Shown here: in pieces, positions 24,668-35,547 of the stretch | Layout of the letters: each line of letters starts with the position of its first letter | How positions within the stretch are numbered: position 1 is the stretch's first letter | Assembly (NCBI GenBank): GCA_009602735.1 | Contig: WELA01000937.1 | Coordinates: forward strand, 273,581-334,681 | Direction: 5' to 3' | Source of the DNA: Mesotaenium endlicherianum | Taxonomy: Eukaryota | DNA length: 61,101 nucleotides | The notes under the pieces: generated by a model | The model's database searches: none | Told to the model about the DNA's origin: nothing | Seen by the model: the letters and a program-made list of their open reading frames with translations, nothing else | Program-made: the position numbers and the translations under genes

Positions 24668-27148
24668 TCACTCCTCGGGAACAACGGCGCCTTCCACTCC
24701 AAGCGCAGCGCCGCGGGCAGCCGATTGCCCCTCCTCTGAGCCGACGCGGCCGACGTGGGATCGAAACCTGCCGTCGGATCTCAACCCAGACCTGGATCCA
24801 CCCTCCGATCCAAGCCCAGGCCGAGATCTGCGGTGAACAGTGACCGGGAGGCCCCCCCGTATCATGAGGGTCAGCTCCGGCATGTAGTGAACCTGGTGGC
24901 CCGGAACCACTTGGAACCGGAAGAGCGAAAGGACCCCTGCAGCGACCGCCTTGAGCTCCAGCAGGGCGATGCCCTTCCCGAGGCAGTGGCGGGGGCCGCC
25001 GTTGAAGATGGGGTGCACGAAGGGGGAGGCGGGCGAGAAGAGCCCGTCCTTGAGCCACCTGGCGGGCCGGAACTCGCCGCATTCGGGGCCCCAGAGGCTC
25101 TCGGAGCGCGCCATGGCGTAGAGGTAGTAGCAGAGCTTGGAGCCGGCGCGCACGCGCGTGCCATCTGGCAGCTCGTCGTCCTCGGCCACGTGCTTGATGT
25201 TGACGGGAAGCGCGGGGAACAGACGCATCGACTCCCACAGGGCTGCCTGCAGGTACTGCATTTTCGTCAACTCCTCCAGTGCAAACACGCCCCACCCCCC
25301 CTCCTCCTCCCCCTCCCCCTCCTCTCCTTCCTTCCCCTCTTCCTCCTCTTCCTCGTCGTCTGCTTCCTCATCTGGCTCCTCCTCCTCCTCCCCCGCTTCC
25401 CGCTCCTCTGCTGCTCCTCTCGTCACTCCTCTCTCCAGCCCCCTCGTTCCACTCAGCTCCTTCCCGTCCTCCCCCATCTCTCGACCCTTGTCTTCAGAGT
25501 GCCTGCCCCTCTCGGCGCGCTCCTCCGCCAGCATAGGAGGTACAGTGCCGGCCTCTCTCCCCTCACAGCCTTGTCTGCATCCCTCCCCAGACTCCCGACA
25601 TCTCCCCTTGTATTGCGCCTCAGCCTCAGCCTCAGCCTCAGCGTCCTTAGCCTCAGCCTCAGCTGGTATCAGCACTTCCTCGGCATAAGCACCTGGAGCA
25701 TTTCCACTTGCAGCACCTTCTGGGTGTGGGCAGGAAGCAAGTGCGAGGGGAGCGAGCGGGCTGCGCCCGGTTGGAAGGGGAGATGAAGGCGGAGGTGGAG
25801 GAGCAGGCGGAGGAGCTGAAGGAGTGTGCCTTTCTGCTTCCCCTGCCTCCCCTGCTTCCGGTTGCAGCTGTAGCGCCACCCGGCTGTCTCTCGCCAGCGG
25901 GCTGTCTCTTGCGCGCCGGTGCGCCAGGTGGCGGCTTCTCCCCCGCCGTTTCCTGACGTCCCGGAGCTCCCGGAGGATCGCGGCCTCCACCTCGGGGTGC
26001 TGGGAGATGGCCCAGAAGAACCACGTCAGCGTGACACCTGTCGTGTCCCGCCCGGCCACGATCAGGTTGAGCGCCATGTCGCGCAGGTACAGGTCACTGC
26101 TTTCCAGCCCCGCCCTCGCCCTGTCGTGCATGTACCTGCTCAGCAGGTCCTGGCCTCCCGCGTCGCCAGCTGTCACGTTATCGATGCCACCATCTGTCTT
26201 ACTGCTCCCGCCATCTGCCACGCTCCCACCAACGCCCCCCACTCGCTTCTGTCCCGGCCCTTGCTCCTGTCTCTGCTCCCCCCCCTGGCTCTGCTCCTGG
26301 CTCTGCTTTTGGCTCTCCTCCTGGCTCCGCTCCTGGCCCCGGCTCCGTAGGTGGAGCACGCCGGACATGGCAAACTCATGGAGCTCCTCCACGGCTCTGT
26401 GCAGCGTGTACTCGGACCCAATGCGCAGGAGCCTGCCCACCTTCCAGAGGACAGGTGGCAGCACGAAGCGCGAGTATATCGCCGAGGTGGCGGTGTCGAG
26501 GTTCCTCGCGAAAGGGACCTCGGGGAGCCCCGGCCTCACGCACCCCGGGTCGACCCCCAGGGAGATCCGCGAGATGCAATCCGCCGCCACTCTGAGCGAC
26601 AGGTCCTGCAGATCGACGGTCTCGCCGGAGCGGGCGGCGTCCGCCAGGAAAGGCAGGAGCTGCTCCGCCAGCTCAGCGCCCACGCACGTGTGCGCAATCC
26701 CCTGGACCTCGCGGCCCGTGAACGTGTGGCAGGCGATCGCCTGCTGCGCCCTCCACTCCTCCCCGTCGGAGTTGAAGATGCTGAAGCCGAGGAGCTCGTT
26801 GAAGATCTTCCGCAGGTCGGCCCCCTTCGGGTAGTTCTGAAAATTACCCTTCAGCACGTGCTCCACGTTGCGCGGGTCGGCAGTGACGTGGATCGTCAGG
26901 CTGGGGATCACGAGGCGCCAGGTGCCGTGGCGCTGGATGTGGGAGAGGCACCAGTCGTGGACGGTGGAGATGTTGCACAGCAGGCCTGGGAGGGAGCCCA
27001 CCACGGGCCAGACTGCTGGGCCATTGTTGGAGCCGTACTTGAGATAGTGCCACGCCAGGTAAGCAGCCAAGGGATACAGAAAGTTGCCATACGAGTACAG
27101 AGCTGTGGCACATGCCTCGTACAAGTACGAAAACATGCTCGTACTCAT
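24668..27148 (-). CDS. Cytochrome P450, CYP86 clan (CYP86/CYP94/CYP704-like fatty-acid omega-hydroxylase type), intronless, about 826 aa with two low-complexity insertions
   Basis: Single ORF from ATG 27148. It has an N-terminal hydrophobic anchor followed by GPAVWPVVGSLP; TADPRNVEHVLKGNFQNYPKG; LLGFSIFNSDGEEWRAQ; I-helix LIVAGRDTT; K-helix WESMRLFP; FRPARW (PERF variant); and the heme motif FNGGPRHCLGK. Confidence 0.92.
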   Translation of the reverse strand: MSTSMFSYLYEACATALYSYGNFLYPLAAYLAWHYLKYGSNNGPAVWPVVGSLPGLLCNISTVHDWCLSHIQRHGTWRLVIPSLTIHVTADPRNVEHVLKGNFQNYPKGADLRKIFNELLGFSIFNSDGEEWRAQQAIACHTFTGREVQGIAHTCVGAELAEQLLPFLADAARSGETVDLQDLSLRVAADCISRISLGVDPGCVRPGLPEVPFARNLDTATSAIYSRFVLPPVLWKVGRLLRIGSEYTLHRAVEELHEFAMSGVLHLRSRGQERSQEESQKQSQEQSQGGEQRQEQGPGQKRVGGVGGSVADGGSSKTDGGIDNVTAGDAGGQDLLSRYMHDRARAGLESSDLYLRDMALNLIVAGRDTTGVTLTWFFWAISQHPEVEAAILRELRDVRKRRGRSRHLAHRRARDSPLARDSRVALQLQPEAGEAGEAERHTPSAPPPAPPPPPSSPLPTGRSPLAPLALASCPHPEGAASGNAPGAYAEEVLIPAEAEAKDAEAEAEAEAQYKGRCRESGEGCRQGCEGREAGTVPPMLAEERAERGRHSEDKGREMGEDGKELSGTRGLERGVTRGAAEEREAGEEEEEPDEEADDEEEEEEGKEGEEGEGEEEGGWGVFALEELTKMQYLQAALWESMRLFPALPVNIKHVAEDDELPDGTRVRAGSKLCYYLYAMARSESLWGPECGEFRPARWLKDGLFSPASPFVHPIFNGGPRHCLGKGIALLELKAVAAGVLSLFRFQVVPGHQVHYMPELTLMIRGGLPVTVHRRSRPGLGSEGGSRSGLRSDGRFRSHVGRVGSEEGQSAARGAALGVEGAVVPEE

Positions 27149-28490
27149 GCTTCGCCGTACTGTAGTTCGTCTTCTTTTCCTCCTTGCACTCAAAGCTCGC
27201 CCTTGATCCCCACTTCAAGCTTAGTAGCAGCAGTACTTGGCCGTATGCTTCATAGAGAACCTCTTAGCAGTTCAATCGGATCCCTTCTCAGATTTCTACT
27301 CCTGGTTCCTCACGTTAGATCAAGCATTTGGATTGCGTTCCTAGTTTTTAGTGACGCGAGGAAACCCAACAGGTTACAGCACCGAAAAGATTTGTACGAG
27401 CGGAAAGCCACTCGCGAATGGTTGTCATTAAAAGTATGGCTTTTGCAGAATCTTAATTGGCGTCGTGGATCAGGTGCAGCATTTTCATGTACCATATTGA
27501 AGCTGGATTTCCGTCATTGATCTCTGTGCAGCATAAGCTTGCGCAGCTCCGCGCATCTCCTTGGTACCATGTGGCTGTGAGGAGACAGTCGGCGTTTACA
27601 GACTGCAGGCTTGAAGCGTGCAGCTCTGTGCTCCATTGCTACAATCTCTTTCCCGCTTTTAGAGTAAAGCCACGATGATACCCTTCAGCGAGGACAACAC
27701 TTCGGGTAAGGAGAAACTCGCCCGTTTGTTGAGAGACAGAAGTGACCGTGCCAGACGCGCTAGTACGCACCAGCCAGCAACATCAGTCGCTAAAGGACGC
27801 TGAAGGACGAGTCTCTTCTCAACGTGAGAAGTTTGCCACGGAGCATTGCCACTTGACTGCCAAGTCACATATTCATATGTACCAGGAGTCAGGGCGTACC
27901 GGCGTGTACTCCAATCCTTTTACCTTTTTTAAAACGGAACATACCTGCAAATAGAGATGGCGAATGAAAGCGATCTTTATTGATGACAACATGCTTGCGC
28001 TCTGCAGCCTCAACACCCTATTTCGACCAGTTTCGACAGGGACGTTTGCTGCTCTGCTGCTGCTTGTCGCGGCCATCGGTAGCAGATCGGTAGCGATCAC
28101 CTATTCGAGGCGCCAAGGCATAGCAATGACGAGTAATCTCTAGCCCTGTCTCTAGCTGCAAATTGTCAATAGGAGAAGCAGTCCTTATAAATAGCCCATA
28201 ATAAAAAGCTACCTGTCGACACAACATACCTCCAATGCGTCTGCCGTGCGAAGTCATGCTCCTCCTCTGGTCCTCGCTGATTCTTTACACGCACAGAGTG
28301 ACCTTCTCCTTCAAGTTCGCAGTGACCACGGCAGTCCCTATCGAAATTTGAGAGCTCAAACGTGGCACCTTCTCACGAGTCACGACTTACGACCAGTTAC
28401 GACAGCTCCCCTTCGTGCCACTCCATGCTCCCCGTTCACATTTTTCACCTCCTAAGTCACCGTAGGGAGAATCAGATGGTCAGCCATCAA

Positions 28491-28550
28491 ACTGGCCCAA
28501 AGTCGCCTAAACTGGCCCAAGCTGGCCCAAACTGGCCCAAGCTGGCCCTA
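28491..28550. promoter_or_regulatory. Tandem 10-bp repeat containing site II-like GGCCCA (TGGGCC) elements upstream of VTE4
   Basis: actggcccaa agtcgcctaa actggcccaa gctggcccaa actggcccaa gctggcccta: six units, four with a perfect GGCCCA, ending 70 bp before ATG 28621. The repeat is certain; its regulatory role is inferred. Confidence 0.6.
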
Positions 28551-28620
28551 ACAGATATGTACTTTTAAACGGCAATTGCGTTGGAGCTGCCGTCGACGTC
28601 AGCATAAGAAGTGCTACAAG

Positions 28621-31600
28621 ATGGCAGCAACTCACGGAGTGACACAACCCAGATACCCGAGAATACTGCTTCTAAACGGAGCACGTCCCTCCAATTTTCG
28701 CGTCCTACAAGCCCAGGCGAAAGAATTGGTTCCTGGAAGAATTACTACTGTATCCAGCATGGCTTCTCTGAGACTTGCAGTGGAGTTCAGCTCTACATCC
28801 ACGCTATTTTCCTGTGAGGCAACTTCTGTTCCGTCCAAGAATGCTGCATTGTCTTCTGTAAATCCCCGATCACTCTGCAAGGAGCACGTATCCGAAGTAA
28901 GAGCATCTAGCCATCAAAAAAGATTACCTGGGAGAAACGTTCTTGTAGCAAAAAGCTCTGTATTCGGGAGAAAATTGCAGATCAATTCTAAAAGCTTGTT
29001 ACAGGAGCCTAGTCAAGGTTCCAGATTCCACCGGAAAGAAGGCACGTCTTCGATCCGTGCAGCTTCATCAGCAGTAAGTTCTCCTTCGAATTTGGTACCT
29101 AGTATAACTCTGGCAATTTTGTTTTCCTATCGCCTGATGTACTTCTTGCATGAGAGGTTATTCTAGCAAGATGAGTGATATTGTTACTCATAAAGGGGTT
29201 GGGAGGGTATTGCACAGATACATGCGACAGCAGGGTTGTATCATTTCCTCGTAGCAACCTTGACCTGAAAAGCATGGGCCAGATTACTTCTTCGACTGCA
29301 TATCTCTTCTCTTCGGAGAAACGACCGGTGTGTACTTTTTGCTATCGCATTAAATCATCACTTTTGAGTGCGTCCTTAACGTTCACGATTTGCGAATTAC
29401 GTGGTCGCTTGAACGGCATTGTCCTCATAGTAATTCGGTAGGCATATGCTTGTCCCTTTCCTTCTCTCGCACACCCGCGTCAGCTTCAAACCCGTACATG
29501 AGCAGACACAGCAAGAAGCCTTGACGTCTTGTATGTATGTCACGCAGGGCTGCCAATGCAGGTCAGCGTGCACTTTTAATTAGATCAAGTCAAAGTGCAA
29601 GTCAGTCCTTTGGCAGTCCCTTTGGATGACTATGCACCGGGTAGCCTTGTTACTTCTTTTGCAGACTTGTGCATGCTCAATCCTCGTCCAAGTACTTCAT
29701 CCTCCTTCCTCATCCTCAATTGTGTGGGTGGCCTCCAAGATCACATCACCACTTGCATTCCTGCAAAGGCCTGCACGCAATCAGCTTCACTATGCGTTTC
29801 TCTCTGTACACGTGCAGGTGAGAACAGGAACTGAGCTGAAGGAGGGGATCGCAGAGTTCTACGATGCCTCCTCCGGCTTGTGGGAGGACATGTGGGGGGA
29901 GCACATGCACCACGGCTACTATCCTCCGGGAAAGAAGGTCGACAACAAGGAGGCGCAGATTGACATGATCGAGAACACGCTCGCCTGGGCTGGCATTCCA
30001 AGTAAGGACCACACCCACACCTTAACAATGGTGATCCTCTATGAAGTCGATAAAGTGAATCAAGTTTCATGTGTTTTTCCACCTCTCTTGCAAGCGTTCC
30101 ATGCATGCGTGAAGGTTGAGGATTGCACTAGCTCCCCACGACTAGCTTCCACGCCTCTCCATTAGTTGCATTTGTCTTACTCTTCTGCCTCCTGATCTGC
30201 TCACAAGAACAAGTTTCTGCGCGTGAACAAAGTCGTGCTTTCGCTGCTACGTGCAACTATTGTACCAAGCACGTACTTTTGTCCAGAGCACGTCGCATGT
30301 CGCCTGCAACGACGTGCAAGAGAAGCAAAGTGGTTGGGGGAATCGGGGAATGCTTGATCAGAGGGGCAGGTCCTCTGCACAGCAGTTCACCTATGCGATG
30401 AAGGCCTGAAGCTGACATGTCTCCCGTACGTCATCATGCTTTTTGTGGGATCTTGAGAGAGGAAGACTCGCATGAGCTGTATGTGTGCAGTTGGACCAGA
30501 TCTGATTAACTCAAAGATCTGACGAGTCAGATATGATGTTTGATATGCATCCAGAACGAATCTGATGTGGACCTCTCCTTCTTGTGCACTCTGCTTCTCT
30601 GCGTGACACCTGCAGCCGATGAAGACAACAAGCCGAAGACCATTGTTGACGTTGGGTGCGGCATTGGCGGATCTGCTCGCCACCTGTCACGAAAGTACGG
30701 CGCCTCTGTGAAGGCCATCACTCTCAGCCCTGTGCAGGCCAAGCGGGGAAACGCCATCTGTCAGGCCCAGGGCCTTGCTGACAAGGTCGGTGCGCCCACC
30801 CCTTCTTTGTTTGGGCTTCCTACTTAATGGCTCGCGCTCTTTGGAAGATATCTTTTCTTCTTTAATCTCTCTCCCTCTTGTATATTCTGACTGCCTTCTT
30901 GATCTGCCGTGGCGCTCACAAGCAATCATGTCCTACCAGTCCAGAAACATGTTCTTCCAAAAGTTCATGGAGGAGTCTGAGGCAGAAAGCAGAAGGGGAG
31001 ACTGCAGTGTGTGTGGTTTTTCCGTCCCCCTCCCCCGTACGCCTGGAATGGCTCTCTTTCTTGCATGCCCCACGACGGCATTCCCCTCGCCCAAACACCT
31101 CATCTGGTGGCATCTGGTGTCTGAGATCGTGTGCCAGCTTGAGAAGCGGAGAAAGCTCGTGAATCAGATGCGGTGCTGCTCTTTTTTTTCGCCCCTGCTC
31201 TAGCTCCTCCTCCTCCTCGCCCTGTCCTCGTCCTGTACGTGCAACTTTCTCCTCCTTAGCAGTGACACTGCCTTCTTTGCTGCTATGACACCTCAGAGCA
31301 AAAAATCGTGGGCTGTCTCAGAGCGTGCCTCGACTGATATTTGCAATAGATGGCAACATTCAAACTTCTTGGTCAATGGCTCCCGCTGCAGCAGTCCTCA
31401 GGGTGCCTTGTGTGAGGGAAGATGCTCTTGCTCGTGTTCAGAAGTGCGCTGTCTCTACAGGAAAAGAGGGGTAAGCTGTCCCATATTGTTTACCGACCGT
31501 GAGGATTTTGAAAACGCAGGAGGGTTGACGTGGACAGGGGAGGGCGAGGGGGAACACGTCCTTGTCCGTACTTCTGGTCGGGCTTCTCTCTGGATCAACT

Positions 31601-31742
31601 TACTCATTGTCTCGTTGTGTCGCATGGCGCGATGCAGGTGGAGCTGAAGGTGGCAGACGCCCTGCACCAGCCCTTTGCCGACAACTCCTTTGACCTCGTG
31701 TGGTCCATGGAGAGCGGGGAGCACATGCCCGACAAGAAGCAG

Positions 31743-31785
<43 letters not shown>

Positions 31786-34700
31786 TGCGCACAGACGCGC
31801 GTGTGTGTGTGTCGTGCGCCCAGAAAATGCTCCCTTCCCGCTCCCCGCTCCCAACCACCTGCGTGCTCTGTGCTTCCCTCCTGCCATTCTTCCTCCCTCC
31901 CCCCCTCTTTCCTCCCCCCCTTTTCTGCTGCGCCATGCTGCTGCTGCTGCTGCCACGTGTTGCCCACCTCTTTCAGAGCCTCTGAAAATTATATGCATGG
32001 CTGTAGCCGATCTCTGGCGCTGACACTGCCCTCACACTACTCCAGAGCACATGAAAAACCGCACAGACGGTTGCTACCAATCTCTGCCGCTGACGCCGCT
32101 CCTCACTCGCTGCACTTGCCTCACGCCTCTCGTGAGAGCAGCTGGGAAGAGGTTTTTGCTGCAGGCTCAGGCTGGAAGGATGGAGGTTGGAGGCTGGAGC
32201 TTGTTATTATTAACTAAAGTTTTAGAAAAAAAAGAGAGGGAGAGCTGCAGGCTGACAGCTGAAAGGCTGCGGGCTGGGGGCTGAAAGGAGTGTAGCTGGA
32301 GGGAGGCTGGAGCTTGCTCTAACAATTTAAGAAAAAACAAAACAAAGAATCTGAGGAGGCTACGGTGATGTATGATAGCTGAGCAGGCAGCGGGCTGTTG
32401 CGGCTGGTCTCCTGGAGCTCATTCCCGCCGGCCACGTCAGCCTTGGCTCTGTGGTTGTCGCTTTTTTGCTTCTCTTTGGGCACTCCTGTGTTGGCACAAG
32501 ACTCACTTCTAAGTGTGCTCTCGCGCAGTTTGTGGGCGAGCTGGCGCGCGTGGCGGCGCCAGGCGGCAGGATCATTGTGGTGACATGGTGCCACCGCAAC
32601 CTGAAGCCCGACGAGACAAAACTTGCGCCCGACGAGCAGGTGGGTGCATGCACCTCCTCCGCCGCGCTCCTCCCGCTGCGACGTGCTGTGTGCTGTCACC
32701 GCCACGTGCGTGCACGTCCTCCGCAGTCCTCCCAGCTGCGATTGTCGCGCTCTCAAGTGCCCCTACCTCGTGCAGCTTCTACTTTCTGGTTCCGGTTTTT
32801 CTTCTCTCTGCTCTCTGCTCCCTGCTCCCTGCTTGCACTCTCCCCTCCTCTCTCTCCTTCACTCCCATTTTATCCCACCGTCATCCCTGCATCCCATGAG
32901 CATGCGCCCGTCATGCGTGCGTGTGTTCCTACACGCACCAATGCTCTTCAGCTCTGCATCTCCTCCGCCCCCTTCTCCCTTCCCCTGGAGGCAGCAGAGC
33001 AGCAGGTGCCATCGGAAGCAGACAGCTCCTGGATCGCTTGCACGCCCTTGTCTATATCCCTCTCTTCAGAATATCCATATGCGTGTACACGTGGAAGGGG
33101 GACGGGAGGAGGTTGAAGAATGGATGCAATATATATAGTGGGGGTGTAGAAAGGGCCCAGCCACGCGCTCTCCCTCTCTTCGCCAGCCCCCAGCTCATAT
33201 TTGCCCCTTAAGATTCCCCCACAATTCGTTCCTTCGCCAAAGAAAGACAGTGCCCGGCGCCTGTGGCGTTCTCGCCACCTGTAACGTTGTGCACTCATGA
33301 TATGGCGTGTTGGTGTGGCATGATGACGTGGCGACGTGGCAGGCGCTGCTGGACAAGATTTGCGATGCTTACTACCTGCCAGCTTGGTGCTCCACCAATG
33401 ACTACGTCCAGCTGGCCAACGAAGCTGGCCTCCAGGTACAGCTTCTCCCTCCCCCCCTCCATCCCCTCTTCCTTCCCCCTCTCTCTCCCTCCCTCCTCCC
33501 CCTTCCCCCTCTCTGACTCCCTCCCTCTTCCTCTTCCCTCCCTATCTCCCTCTCCCTCCCTCTCCCTCCCCCTCCCCCTCTCTCACTCCCTCCCTCCTCT
33601 TCCTCGCCCTCTCTATGTGTGTATGTACCAACGCATGTACTTGTATATGCAGGTGTTCCCCAATTGTGGCTTCCTGTAATGACCACGGGTGCTACGCGAT
33701 GCGTGTGCTCGGCTCAGTTCCATGTCTGTGCTCATGTGGTGTGCGCCAGGACCTCGTGAAAGGCACTGCACACAAGTGCTCACACACACACTGTCGCACG
33801 CGCATGCACACATGCGCACGCATTCTCACACACATCCACGCATCCGTGTGCATGGGTGGCGGCTGGCCCCTCGCAGGATGTGAGATCCGACGACTGGTCC
33901 GAGTACATCACGCCCTTCTGGCCGGCGGTGGTGGCCTCTGCGCTCTCCCTCAAGGGCCTGCTGGGCTTGCTCCGCACAGGTTGGGCACTCTCCCCTCCTT
34001 CCTGCTGCTGCTCCTGCTGCTGCTGCTGCTGCTGCTGCCGCCGCACCTTTACCATGGTGTTATTCGGTGTAGAAGTTTTGTTTGGAAGCGTCATCATATG
34101 TTTGGTTCCAGTGAGAGGGGTTGCACCATTTGCATCAAGTATCGGTTGGGTTTTCATTACATTCTGGATTACATTTGTGCTGCTCCCTGAATATCCCTTA
34201 AAGTTCCCCTGAGCGTGGTAGACACCCTGCATTGGTACGACATGTGCTGCAGCTTGTCGCCTTGTCTGCACTCTTTAGGACGGCTCTTACATTTTCCTTG
34301 ACAACGTAACGTGTGCATCGCTTGAAAAACGGGGAATGCCCGGCTATCGTCCGTCTGGCTTTGGGCCACGCACAAGGGTGCTGCCAGCTTTGCCCCTTTT
34401 CTGTCTGCCTTGAAGCTTCAGCTTCAGCTTTGCAAGTGTGTGTGGTGGTCAACCTTCAACTTGTATAGGGCCACTGCTGCATGGGGACAGGACCGAGCAC
34501 GGGCACAGGCAGGGGCATAGGCACGGGCACGGGCACGGGTGCAGGAATGGGCGTAAGCAAGGGCTTGGGCGCTACAATGTGGTTTTTATCTTTCTTTTTG
34601 TCATCTGTGGACTAGGCCTTGCTGGCAGCTTGATACACACGCGCATGCAGTGCCAGCTGGCGTAGCATTGGCTTAGTAGTAGCTGTGTATATTCACCGAC

Positions 34701-34898
34701 TTGGCGAGCTTGCGCAACGTCTCGTCCTTCTTGTATACAAGTTGCTCAGAAGGATAATTTTGCTGCTGCTTGCGATGCTTGTGGTGGGCAGGATGGACGA
34801 CGATAAAGGGGGCCATAGCCATGACGTATATGATCCAGGGGTTCCGAATGGGCGTCATCAAGTTTGCGATTATCACTGCTCGTAAGCCCACCAGTTGA
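28621..34898 (+). CDS. VTE4: Gamma-tocopherol methyltransferase (VTE4/gamma-TMT), plastid SAM-dependent methyltransferase, 8 exons
   Basis: Exons 28621-29073 (transit-peptide-like; alternative ATG at 28759), 29818-30001, 30616-30785, 31638-31742, 32529-32639, 33343-33435, 33877-33979 and 34792-34898; all GT-AG and in phase. Motifs: LKEGIAEFYDASSGLWEDMWGEHMHHGYY, IVDVGCGIGGS, FDLVWSMESGEHMPDKKQFVGELARVAAPGGRIIVVTWCHR, ICDAYYLPAWCS, DWSEYITPFWPAV, GWTTIKGA and IKFAIITARKP. Confidence 0.95.
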
Positions 34899-35547
34899 TC
34901 GTGATATCAAAGATATTGAGGTTCGATTGTATGTGTATAGAGCGTCCCGCTTTGATTTCTGGCGCTGTTGAATTTCCCTAGAATATTGGCTTGTTCAGGC
35001 ATAGTCTAGTCCGAGAACAGTACGTAAGCTTCAGGCAGAGTGAATTACATATTGCTCACAAGGTGGTCTTGTTGTATATTGAATATCAATAAGGAGAACC
35101 TTTTGTACGCTTTCAAGATGACTGCCTGCATTTAATATCAAGTTTCCCTCATAACATGGTTTATGAAACTCAAAGCAAAAAACTTATTCTGTGTAAGTGC
35201 AATCAATCTGCTCGAATTTTAAAGGCAATGCTTAATCCCATTGAAGATGCCAAGTCTCAAGACTCTCACTATCAAAAGTACCCAGCGAATTTCCGTGACG
35301 TGCGTAAATGGGCCTTAGCACTACTTGCGAAGGTGATCAATTAAGTACAGTATTAAAAATGAGCCAATGCGTGACTTGCATGTTTGTGCCATGTCCACAG
35401 AGCCACTTAATGGAAGACAATTGGTAAATTTACATTGACTTTTTAGTTTATCATCTCATAACAAAACATCGAACAAGGGAAAGAAATGAAAGCTTGATGT
35501 CGAGTCATAAATGTATTTTCATTGGTTACTGCATATCTTCCTCACAA

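Noticed and set aside
24755..27520. Long plus-strand ORFs overlapping the P450
   Set aside because: They are antisense shadows of a GC-rich coding sequence and carry no recognisable motifs.
28491..28550. CRISPR-like array
   Set aside because: The units are contiguous 10-bp repeats without unique spacers, in a eukaryotic context with no cas genes.
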